Assembly (NCBI GenBank): GCA_977016875.1
Contig: CDRNST010000093.1
Coordinates: forward strand, 558,001 to 622,000
DNA: 64,000 nt
Source of the DNA: Pavona decussata
Taxonomy: Eukaryota
Direction of reading: 5' to 3'
The notes under the pieces are model-generated. The model was not told where the DNA came from. It saw only the letters and a list, made by a program, of their open reading frames with translations, and did not search any database. How positions within the stretch are numbered: the first letter of the stretch is position 1; each line of letters starts with the position of its first letter. The translations under genes and the position numbers were made by a program. This document shows positions 10,683 to 23,100 of the stretch, piece by piece.

Positions 10683-13600
10683 AAAGACAGTTTTGGCCCT
10701 TTATCCTTTCAGCCAAATGTTGTAAAGACTTCAGGACTTTGTAAACTGTTAAGCCACCAGTATCAATATTTTCCATCCTGGTCTGTTAAAAAATAGTGAC
10801 TGTTTAAACAACAGAAAATCTGTTGCAGTGTCAATGTGCAATTTTCACGCGCGCGTGACCAAACAGGTTGTAATGTCCTTTAACATTAATGAAGACCGAA
10901 TGTTACTAATAATGGTCAAACATTCGGAGGCAACAGCTGAAAATCAATTCCGCTCATAATCTCACGTTTGGAAGTACTTCAGCATTTGGCTCAATGTCGA
11001 TTGATTTTCGAGAAAATCCGATTTTCTCGAAGATAAATCGATATTATCGTCGATAATAACTGGGATTGGGATCTAAAAGGACAGCCTTTCAATTCGAAGC
11101 CCGGATCAGTTTCGACCAATTCCATTGTGTTGCACCGTACCAAAATAATAGGTCAATTAAATACACTAGACTTGCTTAAATTGTTTGTAAACATGTATTT
11201 TGATATAGTTCTTGGAGTTTAGTTAGTCTTTATTGTGCTAGGTGGTTTAATGTCATTGCGCGAGACTTCGGTGACCGTGCACACTGTTATTATGGATTTT
11301 CTCGAAAATAAATCGATATAGAACAAAATGAAGTAGGCAGTGATTTGTTTGACATTGAGGAGCGTACCATACGCGAGAATATAGGCGGAAGTGAGTTGAG
11401 TTTTGAAAAAGTCTTGATTTTGGCAACCTTTTTTTTTTGGGGGGGGGGGGGGGTGTTGGAAGGGGGGTTGGGGGGATTGGAAGGGGGGAGGCGATAGTGC
11501 CAGCGTCAGCTTTGATCCTGAATAACTTTTGTTTTGAAATTTTAATTAAGCAAACGCTCTTAAACTTCAGGACTTTTTCAGAAAATTATCTGGCAAACAT
11601 TTTTGTGTGGTCGTTTGGTGTTGATTGACTTTGATGTTACCATGGCAAGAAATTTTTTAACAGCCAGTTTTTTTCAGAAAACCAAAAAGGTCCTTTTTTA
11701 AAATGAAGAAAATCACTTTTCTTCTTGTAACTTTTATGTTTCATATTAGTGTTCCTTTATTGGTTTTTGTTACTTTTCGTTCAATTTTGACGCTTTCCTG
11801 AAGTTTGGGGAAAATCCAGAAACCCAAGATGGCCGCCATTTCGCAACATGACCTAATAAACACGTCATATGACGTCATCACTTCATGATGTGGTTCTTAA
11901 ATCATTATGAAACATCTTTAAACGTAATATATATCCTCTAAGTCTCACTGTCATAGCAGTTTGAACTTTTTGAGAAGTTCAGTGGAGGGAGGCACAATCA
12001 CCACCCCCCCCCCCCCCCTCCTCCCCAGACAAAAAAAAGGCGATCTAGAAAGGGTTACCGTCGTGAATTCGAGTGGCGATCTACTCATGCTTGCATCAAG
12101 ACGTTTTATCGTTCTTGAAGTTATGGAAGGGGTGGTGGAGGGAGTGCGGTACCCTGAGAGGGTGGTGGAGGGAGGGCAGTACCGTCACATTAAGAGTTTG
12201 AATATTTGCTAACCTCGGCGTAAGTGGACATCTTTGAAATCCCACTCAACTTTCCGCTCGCAAGAGTTGATTGCCTGACCATGGCTAATTGTCCACTTTC
12301 GTATAGACAGTGTCCGCCTGGCCTTTGGTAGGTGTCTATAAACAATGATTAATCTATAGTTTGATCGATAAATGGTCCGACTTTCATTTCTATCTTTTCC
12401 AGTGGAGTATCAAGACCACGCCACGTTTTTCGCTGTGTGGCGTCGTGTGAAGGAGTATCCTGTATTGGTGATGCGTACACCTCGGCACCACCAAGCCCTG
12501 TGGTAAAGATCTCATTTCACTTCATTTGCCATTTTTTCTTCATTCCATCAATTGAGTCTACAATTACTTATTCGGTAGCAGGATGATCTCAGCAAGCTTG
12601 TCAGAGCTTTTCAGGGGAGATCACCCTTGGTTCTATTGGTTTTGCAGTATAAAAACAAACACAGTAAAGGCGTCCATCTTAAGGATAAAAACCGAAATAC
12701 ATAACATTTACAAGAGTTGCAACAGAATTTTTGTATGATTAACTTTCTGCTCATGTCTAGTATGGATCAGGTTGATTTAGAATAAACCTTTTTACTTCCC
12801 TCCTTAAAGTATGAGGAGCTTTAATTTCTTTTAATACTACTGGTACGCGCACAGTCATCGGCAGTGCAGTCTCAAGTGCAACCTCCTAACCAAAACGTGT
12901 TGCAATAGTTTTCTCGCTAACCCTACAAGCGGAGCCTCCCTCAGGTCATTGCTTACAGGCTGCAATTTTAATTATTTTTCCACGGCAAACTAAGTTACGT
13001 TTTAAGCTTGCATTTTTGTGCTTCTTCTTACGTCCCTAAACCACAGTTTTCATTATTTTTTTGTCACTTCCATTCAATCATTGTATGTGTCCTCTTGACA
13101 TTGTCATCTGCAGTTATTATCATTTAATTTGAATTGCTAATATACTGGTAAAAATCATCTTTTATTCATCTCTCATCTTCTTGCACATCGCGCCGTTCGC
13201 AAAGTCAACCTTCCAGTACCTCAGAAATCCTTGTTTCAGAGCTTTTATGGAGTATTATCTTTACCCTAAGAACTTGAAGGCGACTGCAAAGCGATGGGGA
13301 ACCACAAGACTGTAAAACAAGCACCACTGAAGACAAAACGACGCAGAGAGCAAGGCTTTGACGTTCATCAAAGCTGGATTAACGGAAATGAAACTTCAAG
13401 GAACATTCATTCTATGACAGGTAATTTCTCTAGGACGTATCAAGTTTTTATCAGTTATATTAATGTTGAAATGAATTCAAGTTGCAAGTTTCGTGGTCGG
13501 TCATTCGTTTTGGTAAAAGTTTTTAAATTTTGCTTCAATAATTAAAAGCAGATGTTAAGTTACAGTTCAATTAATACCGTTAAACATTTACGTTTACTAA

Positions 13601-13890
13601 GTGCTAGCCAGGCGATTTTTGTTTTGTTCAGACAAAATGACCGACCGTTTGTTCAGTGTTTTTCTTTTGTCGTTTACAAAATATTTGAACTTGTTCAACA
13701 ATATTCTATATGCCCGTCACTCAATATTTAGGAGTCATCTCACGGCATGATGAAAACGTTCAACTTTTAAACACAGGTCGCAACATTAATTAATTGATGA
13801 ACGTGCAACTGAGTTTTGAACCGTTTGTCAGTTTAGCGTTTGGTTTGGTTTCAGCAAGGCCTACCAATATCACTTGATTGTTTTTAATAA

Positions 13891-13930
13891 AACAATTATT
13901 CCACTCGTGCTTGTTGGATATGAGATGATT

Positions 13931-13988
<58 letters not shown>

Positions 13989-14006
13989 GCTCGTGGTATA
14001 ATTGTT
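13891..14006. mobile_element. Palindromic MITE
   Basis: aacaattattccac...gttggatatgagatgat...GCGCTACGCGC...atcatctcatatccaac...gtggtataattgtt folds back on itself. Confidence 0.8.
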
Positions 14007-15143
14007 AAATAGATCATAGAAAACTGCCGTCGATTTGTTAATTAGTCAAATTTTCTTTAAATTTCCAGGATGGCCAACATTTGTAAATAGTGGCGTCATC
14101 CCAGTGTGATGTCTTATTAAGAATAAATATTAAAAGCCTCAAAGAAAGCAATCTTGAAAGTTTTGTGAGTCCTCTATGTTTGAACGTTACATGGCTGTAA
14201 TACTCTGGCCGGAGGGAGATGGGGGTGGGGGGTGGGGGGGGGGGTTTAGTGTTGGTGAGAAGGAAGCATCCACACTACTCCTCTCCCCCAAAGGTCTAAG
14301 AAAACCTCAAAAAAAAATCCCCGTTGATCATCTTTAATCCCATCAATTCATACCTATATTTTGTCCTGTATTATTAGAGTAAATATTTACAAGAGATTCA
14401 AGAATTTCAGTGGAGCTAGCAGCATATTACCAGCCCTGTTTACTCAGTGTAACTCACAATTTGTTCCGTCAACAGAAACTGAGGTATGCATTAGCAATGT
14501 CAAATGACCCTACATTTGAAGATGATTAATTTTAAAATTGTGGACATTTTAAGCGAAGTAACTGGTAGTTCTTACCTTATTATTCTCTAAGGTAGAGGTT
14601 ATGTTAGCAAATCAGGGGCCTGGGTTTAGTGATACTGAACCAATCTTCGATTCCAATTCAGCAGTTTAGTGCGTTCCCTATACAGCACGGGTGTGCTCAT
14701 TTAGAAGGAAACACGATTATGACTACAGGTGTCACTGTGATCTTTCCATGGTTGGAGCAAAAAGTCATGTAAAAAATATTAATCACTGGTGCTTTTAATT
14801 TTAGGGCAAACAGCGAATGCACCCTAGTGGAGTCCATCAGAAGTGCAATTTAAACAGCAAGATAAATTATTATTGACAAAAAAGTAAGCAGTTTTTTTGC
14901 CAAGCAATTTTAATTGTACTGGGCCATTTAAACAGCAATTAATTTTATTTGTAAAGTGCCACCGATCAGGGTAAGATTATTGCTTGTTGGTGTGATCGAT
15001 ACCTTGTTTTAACTAAACCTTGTCTCGAAGACGGTATTCAACATGTAGTATCATTGCGTGAAAAGACGAGGTATTTAGACCAGTGCACTGATCTGGGTTA
15101 ATTAAGAACAACATTCTACCGGCTGAGAGATGAACCAAATTAA

Positions 15144-15500
15144 ATGAACTGAGTCAGAGAGGGTTTGCCGTAGACGCCTTTACGCGTTAACGTTTGATTT
15201 TACTTGACGAATGCGCCGCACAAATTCCATTGGCATCAGAAGCTGACCGTTTCAAAGGCATGCCTAAGCGACACTGCTGATCTATTTGGAATGCATAACA
15301 ACTTGGTAATGTATTCCAAATGAAGTGAGGATAAGACCTGAACTGAGTGGAGTTGCCATAGGCGCCTTTAAATGCTAATGTTCTGTCTTACTTGCCTTAC
15401 GCACAAATTCAATTGACATCGAAAGCTGAGTGTCAGAGGCTTTCCTAATCGATTCAGCTGATCCTTTTGAAGTGTAATACATCTGGGCAGTTTACCCCAC
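15144..15500. repeat. Diverged tandem duplication of ~190 bp
   Basis: tgaactgagt...cgccttta...ttacttg...gcacaaattc...agctga...cctaa...gctgatc occurs at ~15144 and again at ~15339. Confidence 0.75.
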
Positions 15501-17291
15501 TTACTATGACCTGTGTACCATATTAACTAAATTCATGTTCAATTTAAAGGGAAACACTGAATGTGATGCATCGGATTGAAGTTAAAGTGCCGGTTCAATA
15601 CAAAGCGAAAGAAGAAGGTGAGTTTCCCTTTCTCTTGTTTATTTAGATTGTTTGTTTTAGGGTAGTAGAAATGTTTGCCGATTTAATTCCCGTTTACGTT
15701 TCTGGTACCAAATACCAACGAGGGTCTTCCATCTGCTGGTTTCGCTCAAATGATTGCGTCGTAGGGTGAAGACGCTTTATACCGAGCATTTGACATTGTA
15801 CCTTGCCGGGGGAATGGTGAATTTGAAGCGGGTTTGTCTTTATGGTCTCAGTGGCAGAATTCCCCCCTGGGTTTTTTGTAGCTTAGGAGATTGAGGAGGT
15901 TTCCAATGACAGGATTTCCCCTTGCAAACAAATTGATCTGCGCATTAAGCCCTCACACGCCACGTTCTGGTTTATGTAGAACACTGACTTCGTTCACTTT
16001 TTTGATGGGTTTAGTTGGTATGCAACTCCGCAGCACCCTTTGCAGCCCCCCCTGCCTCATCCACTGTTTAAATCGTCATGTTCTATGCCACTAGAATGTT
16101 GACTAGTCCTTCACAATAAAACATTATTCTCTTGATAGGGATTCAATTCAAGAAGAGAGATTGACGGGAAGGAGAAAAGGAGAAAATCAAAGATATTGCT
16201 AACAATGGTAAGTTTTGATAAAGTAAGGTTTGTGTTAATATTTATTGAGTTGAGTTGCTGAAGATGGTTTTCTGAGCTCACCGCCCTTTAAAATTTGAAC
16301 CGTAGGAATCTTACAACATTAAGCTCGCATCATGATTAAATATTAAGTTGCTCTATAATAACGCGTCACGCCTTTACCTGGTACATGAATCCACGCTCTC
16401 TTTTCTCGTTACCTATAAAAACGATATTTAATTTTTCGTGAGCATCGATACCAAAATGCCAATGACATCGAATATTTGGTATTGATATCGGCCCATTCTA
16501 ACGCGTACTGTGACACCACGCGTGTGTCAATACCAGAAAATGTTCCACGCAACATTTCCGACCAAATGAGAATGATGAAGACGTTCCTTTGGTTAAAGAG
16601 AATTTCCAATCTTCCAACAAATTGACATTAACTTGTTTGAAATGGTGTCTAAATATCAAAGCTTGATTGAAAAAATGGCGATTTTATTGGTCTTCAAATC
16701 GGATTTTATTATCGCGTATTTTCGCTTTTAAATTTTCTTCCCACCACCAATTTGGATTTCATGTCGTCATACGGCTGTCCAATTATTCTACACAAAAGAA
16801 AATCTGCTTCCTGGCAATAGCGGCAACCGTATGACGTCATAAAACCCAAAATAGCGACGCGCGGGAGATTTACGCGCGAAAACGGGCGGTAATCATATCC
16901 AAGTTTTAGAACACTAAAATGTCACCTCTATTCTTAAACTAAGCTTTGAAATTTAGACATAATTTTTAATAATTTAACGTCACTTTGTTTGGAAGAGTAG
17001 AAATTCCTTTCATCGCACACTCCAACTTTCTTGCGCGTGATATTGTACCAATGTTACCCTTGATGCTACACCGTGTGTCTCGGTCCTAAGAAAAATTGGA
17101 AAATTTTCGTAATCTCATTAGTATGAAGCATCATGTAACGTCAAAATGAAATTTTAAAGAAACATGAAATCAGATTAAAATAAACTTTGAAATGAGAAGC
17201 CCATAAGGGGCAACGACTGAAGTTCGACTCGCTCGAAAATTTAAATTTCTTGACAAAGCAATCTGTTTTTGGATAAACCAAATTGGTATGT

Positions 17292-17326
17292 CTGGGCTGA
17301 GTTGCTCGAAGCATGGTTACTGAGAG

Positions 17327-17363
<37 letters not shown>

Positions 17364-17418
17364 GTCATGGCATTTAACCCGGGTTAGCGCTAACCATGCT
17401 TCGAGCAACTGGGCCCTG
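17292..17418. mobile_element. Harbinger-like MITE; a related element lies at ~32977-33219
   Basis: Inverted ends agttgctcgaagcatggtta / taaccatgcttcgagcaact, with CTG flanks. Confidence 0.7.
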
Positions 17419-17709
17419 TTCGCTATTTAGGAAAGCTTTGGCTAAATCGTCTAAAATGTACTCTCAAGTCTAGAAAATAAGTGTTAGTTTTAATTAAGGA
17501 TCATTCTTCCGATATTATTTCGGGCATGCAGTCAACTCAAAACTTTCCGAGAGCTTTTGATCGAGAGTCCTCAACCTGCGTAGCAGTCGTTTTCTGATAA
17601 AGAAATCTACTGGGGAGAAGGAACAAAAATTGGGAGGGGAAGGGGAGGATTGAACTCTCCAAATCACGCAAACTAGGCTTGTAAAATTTTCGCCAGTAAG
17701 ATTACTACT

Positions 17710-19688
17710 TTATTCGTGTATAAAAAGAAAAACTTGTTATAGAAAAACGTGTCCAGTGAATGACGGAAGGTATGGGATAGAGTTCATTGCCACCCTGCTT
17801 TTGTGTCTTGAACACCTGCTCAAAGGTAACAAAAGGGATGACGGTTTTGATCTGGGAATGAATGGCCTTAGAAACGTACCCTAATACCTTTTAGATTTCA
17901 CCAACCAGATACACTGTACCTTAAAGAAGCGTGTCTATCGTGTTGATAGCAGTTTTTATAACTGAAATGGTCGTCCTGCAAAAATATGTTTTTATTATTA
18001 TTAATATACTCACAGTAACAAAACCGCCAGCGACCAAATCTTCGTGGAGCTTAGATTTGAAAGCTATCGCGTTTATGCCGTCATCGATTTTTGTTATATA
18101 GAATGTTTTTCACCAACAACTGCTACAGCAAATAAAATAAAAACTGGCGTTCCGTGTATACTTATATTAATTAGTTTTTAGCCCCTGATAAGGTTTAGTT
18201 TTGTCTGACCGAAATAGATAATCGACGTTGTTTAAAATGAGAGGCTGTGCGTTACCGTTGCTATGGTAATAGTTGTTGCTTGGAAACCGATGAGAAAATT
18301 AACTTTGCTCATATGTTGAAATGATGGCGTAGTATGAAGGAGATCGAAGTTTATCTTCTATGCGAGATTGCAATTTCAAAACTTCCTTCCCTAAGTCCAG
18401 AAAAACTACTGCGAGCCTCCTTAAGGCCAGATTATTTTACTCGGCAGGAAACACTTAGCATCTTTTTATGACTCCAAACTGGATGTTTTGTACCCTCCAA
18501 CCTACAACCCCTCCCCGTCTTCCCATAATTCCTCGATTGTTTGGAAGTCATTGCAGGCCTCTAACCTGAGGAGTTACTTCAACCTAAGTCACAGAAAAAT
18601 CAGCCATCTTAAATGGTTCCCCCTGCCCCACCATCCTGAGTATACATCAGGCATTTGTCGTTGACCCCCATCGTGGGGCATTTGTCATCGGTTTGCAGGG
18701 GCATGGTGGGTCATTTTTAATTTTGATTTCTTTAGCAATGGAGAAATTTTCATATTTCATTGTTTGAATCATTTACTTACCTATTCAATTTGGTTTTAAG
18801 ACCAGGCATCGACGGTGGACGTTTGGCAGGTCTACTCTCTGTATTGTTATCAAAAACCCGTAGCTGGGGCATTTGTTCGTTTTTCTAAGCTATACCATGG
18901 GGTTTTTAGATCAGTACTCGCCGACCCCCTCGTGGGGCATTTTCTGTTCTCCGAAGAAAAAAATACCAGGGAGGAGAGGGAGGGGAGCACGCTTGGAATT
19001 GACTGGGCCATAACCGAAATTGACTCCAAAGCAATCAGGAATCAAGTAATTTCGGGAGGGGGGTATTGTGGAGGGTGAATAGGAGTGGTGGAAGGGTGAG
19101 AACTTCTTTACGTGTACAATATTGAGATCTCATCAGCGATTCAGTATTTCAAAGAGAGTTTTCTTAAAGTCCCCAGCTATTAATTGATTTTGAAGGTTGG
19201 CACTTTAGGAAACATATTGGAGAGTTTGAACTCATACTCAGCACTCGTCGATTCAAAACGGTTTTCGAAAGGCCCGTAAAGTTTTGGGACCTTCGAGGAA
19301 CGGGCCCCGGATGTCTTTCGGTTCGCGCCAAAATGGGTACTGTTCATTGGTGTCTATAGTAATGAGAACTCTGGCTCAATTAACTCTGCCAACACAATGT
19401 TTTACCGAGACCTTTCTTTTGCTGACTTTCTGTCATTCTCTAAAAGCTCGTTGAAGTCATAAGTCGAGAGTGAATTCCCAATATATAATGAAAAATATGG
19501 AGACTTTTTTGTTGATCGTGTTATAGCGTTGAGAGGAGGTTAGCTTATGAACGCAACATTGTTGTGTTAAAAATGGCCTCTTGTAATATCGCTCTAAAAC
19601 CCGAGACACACGGAATAACATTGCGCACAATTTGTAGACTTCATTTTCTGGCGAGCGTAAGAATTCCAAGGCTTCTCTCTCTTCCTTT
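17710..19688 (-). pseudogene. Decayed exon fragments of an unidentified gene (19406-19688, 18014-18122, ~17710-17880)
   Basis: Splice-site-bounded segments translate as protein-like sequence (KEEREALEFLRSPENEVYKLCAMLF..., KTFYITKIDDGINAIAFKSKLHEDLVAGGFVT, YVSKAIHSQIKTVIPFVTFEQVF...) but contain stops and a frameshift. Confidence 0.3.
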
Positions 19689-20199
19689 CTTGAAGAAGAA
19701 ACAGAGAGGATGCAGTTAGATGCCGGGAACAAGGTTATACAAACCATTGATAACACTCCACATACCCTTTAATACGCCTACAATCACCGGAAACTAAACC
19801 TGAACAATGACAGATAAAATAAGGGCTTTTTCATGATTGTTTGGACTCCAGGGGTGTATCCATAGCTACCCAATTCAAATGTAATTTGTCCGTGCGCATA
19901 CCAAAGGTTTGCACGTAGCTAAAGCAAGTGTAAAATGCATTTTGATTGCATCCCTGTTGAGCAAAAAGTAAATATTGTGTCCAAGAGACTAGTTAGTTTT
20001 TATATTTTCGTCGCCAGAGCAAAAGATGTTGAACCTTAAATGATTGACCTTGTAGACGGAATCGATATAAACAAAGGTGATTTTGCTTATTTTTCAGGTC
20101 ACTTTGTGGATGACAAGTTCTTGACAACACAAGCATGGCCGGGAACAAGAGTAAGTCAAGCACCTTTTTAGTCAAGGTAGAGCATAAGTATTAATTATT

Positions 20200-23100
20200 T
20201 TCCAAAAGCCGACTAAGATCGAATTTTATTTCCTTCCGTGAATCGAATTCTCTGTAAACACGAAGACGCACTTTAACAAAGGGCCTCGATTACCATTTAA
20301 TTTTCCACGTGAATTTTCTACGCAAGAAATTTCACTCTTCGGTAAGCCACATTGTTTAGATTTCGTAGAAGGACGGAGAGAAATGTTGTTTTCTATCTTA
20401 AAGAAACTATTAATTTTATAGCTGAGGCATGTTCGGTTTAATTTAAAATTATTGCAGGCTTGTTGAACTTCAGAAGCTTGAAATTCTCTAAATCTGCTCG
20501 GTTTTGTCAGGTTTTGAAAGCAAATATATCTTCTAAACAGTGACTTGATGTAAAACAAATTCATATCAAAGCGATCGCAATTACTAGCAAAATTCTGCGT
20601 GTCGATGGAAACCGTATTTGAATTTTCTTACAGTTATATATAGGCGACTTCAAGTCTTTTTCTTGAACTTTAATTTAAAATTTTAGTTTACAGCCGGGTT
20701 TAATGCAAAAAATCATGAAAAGTTGTATTAATCGGTGATTACAGTCAGTTATAAACTTTTTAAATAATTATGCACTTTGGATATTTTTTTAGCGGGCCAA
20801 CACATTTTCAACTGCACTCTCGGTTGAACCATGCCAATTTATTTGATTCGCTCGTTACAACAACAAATAAATAAAACTAGGTTTTTCATGGAAAGTTCTT
20901 ATTTATAGTGCGTCTTCGTGTTCATTTTGCATTTGCGAAGTTTAGAAAGCTTACAGTTTTTCTATGAATCAACTGCAAGACGTTTTGGCAAAATTAGTTT
21001 GTCTAGAAATGGAAATTTTCAGCAAAGTTTAATATACCACAATATCTTTCATGTTTTAATCAAATTTTCTTGAGTAACACTTGTTCAAAATTAATAAATG
21101 TTTGCGCAACTTAATTTTTTTTGCCTTTTGTTTGTTCTAAGGGTAACGGCTGTTCAATTTTGTCTAATTTTCCCGCCAAAAGACTTAGAAAAAATACGGG
21201 CGCTTAAAATACGCATGCACCGTTTTTCTTTTTTTTTTAATTTTTCCATATCGTTACTGTCTGTTTGAAAATTTTGAATTTTCCCGCCAAAAGACTTAGA
21301 AAAAATACAGGCGCCAAAAATACGCATGCGCCGTCTTTTTTTTTAATTTTTCATAGCCAATTTTATATTTATATTTCAGTAAGCTTAATGATACCGCTAT
21401 AATTACTATAATTAAAGAACTTAATGATCTCAACAATAAAAGTCACACTCAAGCAAACAGTTGTTTCAATTTCATTGTGTCCTTTATTTTCTGTCTTATA
21501 TACAATGAATATTTTTAGTTAATTAATTAAGTAAGAATAATTAATTAATTGAAATGTGTGTACAAACTTTTTTCCTATATATACTAAGTCTTTTGGCGGG
21601 AAAATTTGGACGAATTTGCACAGCGTTTCCACTGGCAACAAATTTGGCCAAAAAAATAACGAGGTACTCTTTGAACATTTCTTGCTCACAAGAAACTCGA
21701 AGAGTGACCCTACAAATTTCCCCGCCAGTTAAACGTAAACCACCTCGGAGAGAAACTTAAAGCAACTTTTTATTTCAATTTCTGGGTAATTTAAAAGCGA
21801 AAGTTTAAAATTTTCAACGAAACGTTCGTTTTAGTAAAGTTTCATCTCCGAGGTGGTTTATGCTTTAGCAATCTACCTAGAGTCATCCTCACAAGGCTAA
21901 ATAAAGTTTGCAAACTTGTGTTGTCAAATACAAATTGGCGTGAAAAAACATTGCTAACACGGCTTTCAAACGGCTTTTCAAACATGTTCGCTTTTGTTTT
22001 GTTTTTGTTTTGCAACGTTTTAACTCGCCAAGTCCTATTTGACAAGACGAGATTGGAAACCTTACTTAGCCGAGTGTTTGCGACTTTAGAAATAAAGAAG
22101 AGACATGGCAATTCAAGACAAAATTTTGCAACAGAAGAAGAACTTGTTTTTGGATTATCGCTTAATACTGATTGTTTCAGGAAAGTTTTAACATTGAATT
22201 GGTACTTCGATGCTTTTTCCTTCAAACTGATGCGATGATGACGCTTTTTGTGACCTTGTTCAACCGGCAGAGTACTAAACTCCATGTCTATATACAGTGT
22301 TACACAGGACAAGACATTTGTGGTGAAAGCATCAAGAAAATGATACATTGTACAACCCACACGCAAATTTTTGGAACTATTCTAGTTTTCGAGTACCAAA
22401 AAAATTCGTCTTAAGTAGTGTTCGAAATCTTTTGCGCTCTAATTTTCGTTTCTTTCTTCAGATTTTACTTTTGTGATTGATAAGGACAATTTTCGTTGGT
22501 AATTGCTCAATATACTCCTTCTCTTGTTCTTACCCTTTTGGGCAAAATGTTGAAAAAAAGTGGTGTGTCGTTCCTTGGCAAACCATCTGTAGTTATGGTT
22601 ATTTTATTTTCACTGATCGAGATAAATGATATACATTGCTCACAAGTTCGGTGAATCGATTTCGTTTTAGAAATTTCTTTTCTATTATCAATCAAAAGAA
22701 TTCTATTCACTCTCTAGTTTTAGTCAAATTTAGTCCAATTTCAACACCAACAGCCTTTGTGATTCTTTAAATTTTTGTTTTCATTTGTCACAATTTCTCT
22801 TAGTCTTGTGCCTTTCGTTTCTTTACCAATTCTTATTGAAAATTAATAGTTTGGGCTTTCACATATTCCCCTTGTCCAATACAACACTAATATAGTTAAA
22901 CAAGGTCTTAAATATCAAGTACACTACTAAAACTAATGTCTGGTTGAGAATAATGCAAACAACTAAGCCTAAAAACAAAACTAGACAGAGAAAGTGAGAG
23001 CCAACGCCTGCACGAAAAAAAGAAAATACATATTTCTTTTTCTGTAAGTTAAAATGGTTGTTTATCTATTAATTGTTGAGTTTATCATGTTTATTTTCTT

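Larger units (their letters stand above)
12403..20150 (+). ncRNA. Putative multi-exon non-coding or decayed transcript. Candidate exons: 12403-12502, 13240-13420, 14805-14883, 15550-15617, 16139-16207, 20098-20150
   Basis: Segments are bounded by pyrimidine-rich AG acceptors and GTAAAG/GTAATT/GTAAGC/GTGAGT/GTAAGT donors. No continuous frame; 14805-14883 has stops in all three frames. Confidence 0.3.

Noticed and set aside
11439-11490. G-rich tract (G-quadruplex or Gly-rich ORF)
   Set aside because: Similar poly-G/C tracts recur in repeats across the window (e.g. ~12005, ~14225, ~28635, ~45160, ~45676), so nothing here is locus-specific.
13747-13812. C/D box snoRNA-like motif (ATGATGA...TGATGA...CTGA)
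   Set aside because: Weak terminal stem, no clear D' box and no rRNA-complementary guide recognised; snoscan would be needed.
18105-18122. In-frame TGA (SCW*K) as selenocysteine
   Set aside because: The neighbouring fragment has a TAA and a frameshift, and no SECIS was recognised; decay is the simpler explanation.
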